NCBI GenBank assembly: GCA_035712985.1
Contig: DASTAE010000287.1
Span: 1 to 34,766 of the forward strand
Reading direction: 5' to 3'
Origin: Actinospica sp.
GTDB taxonomy: Bacteria; Actinomycetota; Actinomycetes; Streptomycetales; Catenulisporaceae
Length of the DNA: 34,766 nucleotides
This document shows positions 16,910-23,917 of the stretch, in pieces. The position numbers and the translations under genes were made by a program. The notes under the pieces were generated by a model that made no database searches, was not told the DNA's origin, and saw only the letters and a list, made by a program, of their open reading frames with translations. The first letter of the stretch is position 1. Each line of letters begins with the position of its first letter.

Positions 16910-17940
16910 GATGCCAGGCTCCTTCGCAGGCTTCCGATACCGAGCGAGCCGTCGTCGACGGTCGCGCTTTCGATCACGCTCACGGTTGCGTCTTCGGTGA
17001 TCGATTCCGGCGGATCCTCGAGGAATTCGGCGCTCGGGCAGAAGAACAGCGCGCCGGTCACGGCCGTCGAGAACTCGAGGATCCGATCCGTCCGGCCCGG
17101 CACGTCTCCGAGGAACATCCGCCGCAGCATCCGCTCGGTCACCTCGGGGCTCGCCGCGTAGCCGATGAAGTAGGTGCCGAACTCGCCCGAGCCGACCCGG
17201 CCGAAGGGCATGTTGTCGCGCACGATCTGCCGCTCGGTGCCGTCCTCGTCCACGATCGTGTTCAGCGCGACGTGCGAGTCGGCGGGCTTGACCGTGTCGT
17301 CGAGCTCGATGTCGTCCAGCTTCGTGCGCCCGATGATCCGCTCCTGCTGCTCGACCGGGAGCCGGTTCCAGGACTCCAGGTCGTGCAGGTACTTCTGCAC
17401 GATCACGTAGCTGCCGCCGGCGAAATCAGCGTCCAGCTCCGGGGTGACCAGCGCCGCCGCGAGCGCGGCCGGTCCCGTCGGATTCTCCGTCCCGTCCACG
17501 AACCCGAGCAGGTCCCGCTCGTCGAAGTACTTGAAGCCGTGCACCTCGTCGACCACCAGGACCGCCGGGCCCAGCTTCCGCACGAGCTGCCCGGCGAGCT
17601 CGAAGCACAGGTCCATCCGCCGCGCCCGGAGATGCAGGAGCAGGTCGCCGGGCGTGGCCGGAGCCGTGTGCCGCGGCCCCTCCAGCCGCTCGAAGGGATG
17701 CAGTTCGGCCGGACGCGCCCCCGGGAACAGCCGGTCCCAGGCGGCCGATCCGATCCCGGCGACGGCCGTCAGCCCGCCGTCCGGGATCCGGAAGCCGACC
17801 GAACGGACCAGCCCGGCCAGGTCGGCGAGCGTGTCCCGGACGGCGTCCTCGCCGCCCGGCTCGATCGTGGCCACCAGGAAGATCGCCGCCGCCGTGAGCG
17901 GGGTCAGCACCGGTTGCGGCTCGGGTGGGGTGGTCGCCAT
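16906..17940 (-). CDS. dyp: Dye-decolorizing (DyP-type) peroxidase with a C-terminal encapsulin targeting peptide, i.e. a cargo protein.
   Basis: DyP-type core (FGFVDGTENP, heme-binding region) and C-terminal ...DDGSLGIGSLRRSLAS matching the SxGIGSL[KR] encapsulin cargo-loading peptide. Translationally coupled to enc. Confidence 0.9.
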   Translation of the reverse strand: MATTPPEPQPVLTPLTAAAIFLVATIEPGGEDAVRDTLADLAGLVRSVGFRIPDGGLTAVAGIGSAAWDRLFPGARPAELHPFERLEGPRHTAPATPGDLLLHLRARRMDLCFELAGQLVRKLGPAVLVVDEVHGFKYFDERDLLGFVDGTENPTGPAALAAALVTPELDADFAGGSYVIVQKYLHDLESWNRLPVEQQERIIGRTKLDDIELDDTVKPADSHVALNTIVDEDGTERQIVRDNMPFGRVGSGEFGTYFIGYAASPEVTERMLRRMFLGDVPGRTDRILEFSTAVTGALFFCPSAEFLEDPPESITEDATVSVIESATVDDGSLGIGSLRRSLAS

Positions 17941-18038
17941 GAGTCCAAACTTAGGCGCCTCCGAGGGTGCGCGCGCTGTCCCGCGCGTATTCGGGTGAGC
18001 GAGAATGTGATCGGGCTGCCCGCGATTTGGAGGCTGGC

Positions 18039-19127
18039 GTGACGGTGAACCGGATCGGCCTGGTCGTGCACGGCGGGCGCGCCGAGGCCGCGGAGGCGAC
18101 CAAGCGGGTGCGCGCGTGGTGCGCCGAACGCGGCGTGGACTGCGTCGACATCGACGTCTGGGACGAGCATCGCCGGCTGAACGCGCACGAGGAGATGGCG
18201 GCGGCCGGCGACCCGGACCTGATCGTCACCCTCGGCGGCGACGGTACCTTCCTGCGCGGCGCACGGCTGGCCGCGGCGAACGACGCGCTGCTGCTCGGCG
18301 TGGACCTCGGGCGCGTCGGCTTCCTGACCGAGGTGCCCGCCGCGTCCGTGCTCAAGGCGCTCGACGCGGTGCACGGGGACTCCTACCAGATCGACAGCCG
18401 CATGCTGCTGACCGTGCGCGTCTCCCGCCGCCTCGAGGTGCCGCGGGACATGGAGAGCTGGGTCTCGACCTACGGCCGCGGGCCGCTGCTGCCCTCGCCC
18501 AAGGTCCGCGCGGACGGCGAGGCCGGCGACGAGTGGGGCATCCCGCTCAACGTCAGCGCGGTCAACGACGTGGTGCTGGAGAAGCTCTCGCGCGACCGGC
18601 AGGTCTCGGTCGGCGTCTACGTCTCCGGCAGGCTGCTCGCCTCGTACTCCGCCGACGCGCTGCTGGTCGCCACCCCGACCGGATCGACCGCGTACAGCTT
18701 CGCCGCGGGCGGCCCCGTCGTCTCCCCGCGCGCCGAGGCCCTGGTCTTCACCCCGGTGGCCCCGCACATGACCTTCAACCGCTCGGTCGTCACGGCCCCC
18801 GACGACGCCGTCGGCCTGCGCGTCCTCGAACGTTCCGGCCGGGCCGCCGTCAGCATCGACGGCCAACTGCGCGGACTGCTGGAGCCGGGGGACTGGATCG
18901 GCGTCTACGCCGCCCAGCGCCGGCTGCGCGCCGTCCGCCTCGGCCCGAACGACTTCTACGGCCGGCTGCGCGAGCGGATGAACCTGACCGACGCCCCGGC
19001 CGCCGTCGCCGACGGCTACGCCGCGCCCTTCTGGTCCTTCACCTCCCCGCCCCCGGCCGACCTCGCGCACCTGCAGCTGGAGACCGGCCCCGATGCGGTC
19101 GTCGACCCGCCGTCCGACACGCCGTGA
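18039..19127 (+). CDS. ppnK: NAD+ kinase.
   Basis: GGDGT motif (TLGGDGTFL), NDVV region, ATPTGSTAYSFAAGGP. The start is taken as the GTG at 18039 with GGAGG 5 nt upstream, which is in frame with the longer track ORF. There is an Ala/Pro-rich C-terminal extension. Confidence 0.8.
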   Translation: MTVNRIGLVVHGGRAEAAEATKRVRAWCAERGVDCVDIDVWDEHRRLNAHEEMAAAGDPDLIVTLGGDGTFLRGARLAAANDALLLGVDLGRVGFLTEVPAASVLKALDAVHGDSYQIDSRMLLTVRVSRRLEVPRDMESWVSTYGRGPLLPSPKVRADGEAGDEWGIPLNVSAVNDVVLEKLSRDRQVSVGVYVSGRLLASYSADALLVATPTGSTAYSFAAGGPVVSPRAEALVFTPVAPHMTFNRSVVTAPDDAVGLRVLERSGRAAVSIDGQLRGLLEPGDWIGVYAAQRRLRAVRLGPNDFYGRLRERMNLTDAPAAVADGYAAPFWSFTSPPPADLAHLQLETGPDAVVDPPSDTP

Positions 19128-19228
19128 CCGAACCGATCAGGAATCGAGAAGCCGCTCCGCCGCGGGCCACGTAGCGTGAACAGTGCGCCGGGAGGTCCGG
19201 CGCAGCGATCCGGAGGAGTGCAGCGACC

Positions 19229-19576
19229 ATGGCCGACAACTTCAAGGCCGTCATCTACCCGGTCCGGGACCTGGAGAAGGCCAAGGCCCTGTTCACCGCG
19301 CTGCTCGGCGCGCCGCCCGAGCAGGACGCCCCGTATTACGTCGGATGGAGCATCGACGGCCAGAACATCGGCCTCAACCCGCACGGCTTCGATCAGGGCA
19401 TGACGGGCCCCGTCCCGTACGTGGACGTCGACGAGATCCGGGGCCGCGTCGCCGCGCTGGAGGCAGCGGGCGCAACCGTGCTCCAGCAGCCCGCCGACGT
19501 GGGCGGCGGCCTGCACATCGCCACCCTCAAGGACGCCGACGGCAACGTCATCGGCCTGCGCGGAAAGGCGGCCTGA
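19229..19576 (+). CDS. Glyoxalase/bleomycin-resistance/VOC-family protein (115 aa).
   Basis: Single VOC-type beta-alpha-beta-beta-beta module. GGAGGAG RBS 12 nt upstream. Confidence 0.75.
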   Translation: MADNFKAVIYPVRDLEKAKALFTALLGAPPEQDAPYYVGWSIDGQNIGLNPHGFDQGMTGPVPYVDVDEIRGRVAALEAAGATVLQQPADVGGGLHIATLKDADGNVIGLRGKAA

Positions 19577-19581
19577 GCCCG

Positions 19582-20049
19582 ATGCCGACGTACACGGTCG
19601 ACTACCAGAACGTCTCCACCGAGGGCCTGGAGTCCTCCCCGGTCGCGGACGCGCTGGCCGGACTGCGCGCCAACGAGGCCCGCTACTACCGCAACAAGTA
19701 CGACCATGTGTTCACCGTGAGCCCCGTGGCCGAGGCGCCGGAGGTGCTCGAGTACATCAACCGGGTGCTGTCCGAGGAGCGCGACATCGTCATCGCGTCC
19801 AAGCCTCTCGAGGTGACCGAGTTCGAGGTCGAGGGCCTGCGGATGTCCTACGTGTTCTACGAATCCGGCCTGTCGATCAACGTCATGTACGCCCTCGACC
19901 CCGCGGGCAAGCGCGCGGTCGGCTTCAAGCTCTCCGAGGGCATGGACGTGCCCGAGGAACTCGCCGAGCGCTTCAAGTTCGCCCGCCAGAAGTCCAAGCT
20001 CGCGGGCGTGATCCGCGGCAGCTTCTTCGTCATCAAGGGCGAATACTGA
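19582..20049 (+). CDS. Hypothetical protein (155 aa), probably co-transcribed with the VOC-family gene.
   Basis: ATG 5 nt after the upstream stop. It is the in-frame 3' part of a 288-aa track ORF whose 5' part is an alternative frame of the VOC gene. No recognisable motif. Confidence 0.5.
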   Translation: MPTYTVDYQNVSTEGLESSPVADALAGLRANEARYYRNKYDHVFTVSPVAEAPEVLEYINRVLSEERDIVIASKPLEVTEFEVEGLRMSYVFYESGLSINVMYALDPAGKRAVGFKLSEGMDVPEELAERFKFARQKSKLAGVIRGSFFVIKGEY

Positions 20050-20254
20050 GCCCGTCGACGAAGACGGCCACCTTCTCGTTGTAGAACGCGATCAGCCCGG
20101 CGATGGGCGTCAGGGCCCTGGTGGGGAAGTCACAGGCCCACGCCACGTCGTCGTACGTGGTCCCGTTGACGAGGGCCGACCAGTACCCGCTGGTCCGGCC
20201 CTTGTACGGGCACGCGGTGACGGTCGCCGAGGGGGACAGGCTCGCGAAGTCCAC
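20033..20254 (-). pseudogene. DUF427-domain gene remnant, apparently 5'-truncated. It has only a GTG start and lacks the N-terminal part of the domain.
   Basis: The translation CYFNRTEVDFASLSPSATVTACPYKGRTSGYWSALVNGTTYDDVAWACDFP...IAFYNEKVAVFVDG matches the DUF427 C-terminal half. The same frame stays open for 50 codons upstream (to 20404) without any ATG/GTG/TTG. Confidence 0.45.
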
Positions 20255-20393
20255 CTCGGTCCGGTTGAAGTAGCAGCGGGTGGGCAGCCCCGCTCGCAGC
20301 GCGTCCGCACGCGGGGTCCACCCGAGAGGTCGCCGGGCACGGTTCGCTGGGGCAAGAGGAGCTAAGCGGCGGGACGGCGTGGGCGGGCTGCGG

Positions 20394-21344
20394 CTAAGAC
20401 TGCGTCAGGTAGTCCAGGATGCCGTCGGCTATCGCCTTGGCGAAGCGGGCGCGGCCGGAGGTCGACTCCATCAGTGCGATGTCGCCGGGGTTTTTCATGT
20501 TCCCCAGTTCGACGAGGACCTTGGGCACCGTGGAGAGGTTCAGGCCTGCCAGGTCGCTGCGGGTCTCGTAGCCGTTGTCGCCTATATAGGTGGCGGCCGT
20601 CAGGCCGGACTCCGACACGAACGTCGCGTGCAGGGCCCGCGAGAGCTCGTTGGAGCGGGCGTCGTTGGTGACGCCGCCTTCGGAGCGGGTGGCCTGGATG
20701 ATCTGGAAGCCGTGGCCGGAGGCGCCGAAGCCGTCTCCATGGATGGATATCGCGGCGTCGGCGTGGGCGTCGTTGCCGATGGCGGCGCGCTGGTTGACGC
20801 AGGGGCCGACGCCGTCGTTCGTCGTTCGGGTCATGACGACCTTGATGCCACGCTGTTCGAGGAGCTGCGCGACGAGGTCCGATACGGAGAGGGTGAAGGC
20901 GTACTCCGGGTAGCCGTCGTCGCCGTCGGTGCCGGTGGTGTCGCAGGTCTTGTACTGGCCGAAGCCCATCGGGACGAGCTTCGCGATCTCGGCGGCGTGC
21001 GAGGCGTTGCCGCCGTTGTGGCCGGGGTCGATGACGACGACCTTGCCGGTGAGGGAGGCCGCCGACGCCTGGGCGGCCGACGCGCCGGCCGGCGTGCTCG
21101 CCGGAGCGGCGGGCGTCGTAGAGGTCGTAGACGTCGCCCGCGTGGCCTGCGTGTTCGCCGCGTCCGACGGCATGCCGAGCGCCGGGAGCGGGGAGACCTG
21201 GCTGACCGGGGCGGCGGTGGCGGTGCACGCGGTGGCGGTCAGGGCGCACGTGGCGAGCGCGGCCGCCAGGGCTGAACATCTACGTCGGTTGCGGTTAAGC
21301 ACGCGCCCACCCTGCCATGCCTCCACGTACTGAGCGCAAGTCAT
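20394..21344 (-). CDS. Secreted N-acetylmuramoyl-L-alanine amidase (Amidase_3 family), possibly a lipoprotein.
   Basis: VVIDPGHNGG and downstream Zn-ligand-type motifs. Signal peptide with RNRRR n-region and a TATAC lipobox-like segment. An alternative GTG start lies at 21302. Confidence 0.8.
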   Translation of the reverse strand: MTCAQYVEAWQGGRVLNRNRRRCSALAAALATCALTATACTATAAPVSQVSPLPALGMPSDAANTQATRATSTTSTTPAAPASTPAGASAAQASAASLTGKVVVIDPGHNGGNASHAAEIAKLVPMGFGQYKTCDTTGTDGDDGYPEYAFTLSVSDLVAQLLEQRGIKVVMTRTTNDGVGPCVNQRAAIGNDAHADAAISIHGDGFGASGHGFQIIQATRSEGGVTNDARSNELSRALHATFVSESGLTAATYIGDNGYETRSDLAGLNLSTVPKVLVELGNMKNPGDIALMESTSGRARFAKAIADGILDYLTQS

Positions 21345-21381
21345 GGTCGGCCCTTCGGTCGTCCGCCCCGCGCAACGGCAG

Positions 21382-21413
21382 GTAGAGCCCCCTCCGTGAG
21401 TAGGGGGCTCTAC
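21382..21413. terminator. Perfect 12-bp stem-loop (GTAGAGCCCCCT / AGGGGGCTCTAC, 8-nt loop). Candidate factor-independent terminator for the beta-propeller gene, and/or a leader structure of the amidase gene.
   Basis: Read directly. It sits between convergent/tandem minus-strand genes. No U-tract. Confidence 0.35.
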
Positions 21414-21656
21414 ACGCGCCGAGAGACCTTGTGTGTGGGGCGGTCAGTGGTTGGTCGGCGCGGCCTTCTCATGGGTCGCGTGTCGTGACGGTCTCCTTCC
21501 TGTGGGCGGGAGTGCGGTACCGCCTGAGTTCACGGTGCCGCGAGGGGAGAGCCCGGGGTGGCGGTGGGTGCCGTGGGTACTGCGACGCGGAAGACGTGGG
21601 CGGATCCGCGCGCGGGTGGGTCGTGGGTGCGTGGGCCGCGTCCGCGGGACGGGAGG

Positions 21657-22850
21657 TCAGCCGCGGACCGGGCCCAGCAGGCTCAGGGAGTTGCTGATGT
21701 CGTCGACGTAGTACACCCACCTGCCGTCGAAGCTCGGGGCGAGGCCGAACAGGGCGCCCGCGCCGGCCATGGAACCGGTCACCGCGGTGGTGTCCACCGC
21801 CTTGACCAGGGCGGTCGCGCCGCGCGGGGTGATCGCGACGATGTTGCCGTTGTTGCCGTTGGCGGTCAGCAGCACGCCGTGCGGCAGTGCGATCAGGCCC
21901 AGCGGGCCCTGGATCAGGCCGCCCTCGGCGATGGTCTGGCCGAGGCCGTCGCTGTTCCACCGGGTGGTGGCGAAGGGGATCGCCGCGATGCGGTTGCCGA
22001 GCGTGTCGGCGATGAACAGCGTGTTGCCGATCACGGCGACGCCGGTCGGGCCCTGGATCAGGCTCGCGGTGCTGGTCATCTCGGGCAGGCCGGAGGCGAC
22101 GACGGCGGCGCTCAGCAGCTGGAAGTGCTGCCGGGTCACGGCGAGGTCGATCCGGACCACGGTGCCCTTGTTCACCTGCCTGCCCATGCCCATCCCGCCG
22201 GAGATGCCGTTGAGCACGTTGGCGACGAACAGCTTCACCGAGTTGCCGTTGTCCACGGCCGTCATGTCCCAGGGGCCGTTGATGCCGTGGCCGGTGATGA
22301 CCGCCCTGGCCTGGCCGCGGCTGTTGATCAGGATCAGGCAGCCGGAGCGCAGGGTGTTCGGGGTGCCGTCCGTGGTCGGCGTGCTGCCGACGATCACCCA
22401 GCCGTCGCGCAGCACGACCAGTGCCGTGGTCAGCCCGATGCCGCCGGGGCAGGTCGAGGGCAGGGTGGACGGCGTGAGCGTGGCGAAGACGATGCGCCCG
22501 CCGGTCGCCGGGTTCACCTCGATGATGGTGGTCCCGGTGCCGCCGGTGTTCGCCTTGTTGTTGAAGTTGCTGACCAGCACGTCGCCACGGACCAGTTTCC
22601 CGATCCCGTACGGCACGACCGCGACCCCGTACGGGTTCAGGTCTCCGTTCATCGGGATCGTGGAGGACAGCATCTTGGACGCCGTCGAGCCGCTGGTCAC
22701 ATCGGCCGACAGCACCGTCTGCCTATGCGACTGGGAGGTGTTGCGTTCGTGCTCCCAGGGCGAGGCATAGGCGGCGGTCGCCGCGCCCGCGCCGAGCAGC
22801 AGCGCCAGCGCGGCGCCGATCCCGACGCGGAACTTGGTTCTCCTCAACAT
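21657..22850 (-). CDS. Secreted repeat protein, probably a beta-propeller (NHL/SGL-like). Function unknown.
   Basis: 398 aa from the ATG at 22850, with AAGGAG 10 nt upstream. Signal peptide MLRRTKFRVGIGAALALLLGAGAATAAYA. Gly/Thr/Asn-rich repeated blade-like segments. The upstream 59 codons of the track ORF lack an RBS. Confidence 0.65.
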   Translation of the reverse strand: MLRRTKFRVGIGAALALLLGAGAATAAYASPWEHERNTSQSHRQTVLSADVTSGSTASKMLSSTIPMNGDLNPYGVAVVPYGIGKLVRGDVLVSNFNNKANTGGTGTTIIEVNPATGGRIVFATLTPSTLPSTCPGGIGLTTALVVLRDGWVIVGSTPTTDGTPNTLRSGCLILINSRGQARAVITGHGINGPWDMTAVDNGNSVKLFVANVLNGISGGMGMGRQVNKGTVVRIDLAVTRQHFQLLSAAVVASGLPEMTSTASLIQGPTGVAVIGNTLFIADTLGNRIAAIPFATTRWNSDGLGQTIAEGGLIQGPLGLIALPHGVLLTANGNNGNIVAITPRGATALVKAVDTTAVTGSMAGAGALFGLAPSFDGRWVYYVDDISNSLSLLGPVRG

Positions 22851-22942
22851 GATGGACACGCTCCTTAGAGGTTGTAACGCGCGAGCCGAGGCGGATCGCG
22901 AGCCCAGCTGTGTCATCGCTCCCAGACGGAGCAATCGCCGCC

Positions 22943-23025
22943 GCGGTTCAACCGAATTTTGAGCGCATCGGTGTATGAGTTCTGCCACGCAGGTCACAGG
23001 CGATTTTCGAATTCCGTTGAACCGC
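22943..23025. repeat. 83-bp element bounded by 16-bp inverted repeats (GCGGTTCAACCGAATT ... AATTCCGTTGAACCGC, 1 mismatch) in an unusually AT-rich divergent intergenic region.
   Basis: Read directly. Arms at 22943-22958 and 23010-23025. Local GC is clearly below the window average. Confidence 0.45.
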
Positions 23026-23113
23026 AACGCTTTCGACGCCGTGCCTTACGAGCGCACACGCCGAGTCGGACCGGCCCGGCGCTCGAACACGATACGTAAG
23101 GGCGTGATGAGCT

Positions 23114-23908
23114 GTGCGTCATCCTGTAGCCCACGCAGGAAAGTCCCTGCTTCCGGCTTCGTTGTTCACGGTGCTCGCGATCACGGCCGCCACGCTGTTC
23201 TCCTCGGCGGGTCCGGCCTCCGCGGGCAGCGGGTACGGCCAGCTGATCGTGAACCCGGGCACGGCCTCGCCGGGACAGACGGTCTCGATCCTGGGCGTCT
23301 GCCCGAGGAACGGCTCCACGCTGAGCGGTGTCACCTCGACGGCGTTCGCCGGCGGCTCGGCCTCGATCTCGCTCGGCTCGGAGAACTTCACCGGGAACGC
23401 GACGATCGGGTCGGTCTCACCGGGCACCTACCTCGTCACGGCGAACTGCGGATCCGGAAGCCCCTCGGTGGACATCACGGTGTCCTCGGGCGGCACGGTG
23501 AGCACGACCGCGCCGACCACGATGCCCGCCACGACCATGCCCGCCCAGACGTCGCCGACGGTCACCCATTCTTCGGCGCCGCCGATGACCAGCGCACCCG
23601 CCCCCGCCGGCAGCACCGCGGCGATGGGCGGCTCCTCCACCTCCTCCGGCCGGATGACCTCGCCGACCGGAATGCCCTCGGCCTCCTCGAGCAGCTTCTC
23701 CGCGGTCGGCTTCCCGGCCGCGAGCTCGTCGACCGGGGCGCCGGCCGTGACCAGCACGGGCGTGATCAGGGTCGGCCTGGCCGGGCAGAGCAGCCAGCTG
23801 ACGACCGTGCTCGCCCCCGCGCTGCTGGCCGGGCTCTTCGTGACCGTGTTCGCGGTCGGCTTCCTGCTGCACCGCCGACGCCGCGCCTCCGCCGGTTCCC
23901 ACAACTAG
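23114..23908 (+). CDS. Secreted protein with signal peptide, a ~100-aa Cys-containing domain, a Ser/Thr/Pro-rich linker, and a C-terminal hydrophobic anchor plus basic tail (264 aa).
   Basis: GTG start at 23114 directly after an in-frame TGA, with AAGGG upstream. Signal peptide ...AGPASAGSG. C-terminus LAPALLAGLFVTVFAVGFLLHRRRRAS. No LPXTG/LAXTG motif. Confidence 0.6.
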   Translation: MRHPVAHAGKSLLPASLFTVLAITAATLFSSAGPASAGSGYGQLIVNPGTASPGQTVSILGVCPRNGSTLSGVTSTAFAGGSASISLGSENFTGNATIGSVSPGTYLVTANCGSGSPSVDITVSSGGTVSTTAPTTMPATTMPAQTSPTVTHSSAPPMTSAPAPAGSTAAMGGSSTSSGRMTSPTGMPSASSSSFSAVGFPAASSSTGAPAVTSTGVIRVGLAGQSSQLTTVLAPALLAGLFVTVFAVGFLLHRRRRASAGSHN

Positions 23909-23917
23909 GAGCACTTC

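Noticed and set aside
21345-21656. c-di-AMP (ydaO) riboswitch upstream of the amidase gene
   Set aside because: I could not find the conserved pseudo-symmetric ydaO elements on the minus strand. Left as an open check in the findings rather than a feature call.
21433-21960. Short ORFs (88-163 aa) in the amidase / beta-propeller intergenic region
   Set aside because: Arg/Gly/Pro-rich, no RBS, overlapping each other in multiple frames. The region is better explained as structured non-coding sequence.
23800-23908. Sortase (LPXTG/LAXTG) sorting signal at the C-terminus of the 23114-23908 protein
   Set aside because: The hydrophobic segment plus basic tail is present, but there is no LPXTG or LAXTG pentapeptide (nearest is LAGQS), so it is called a C-terminal membrane anchor only.
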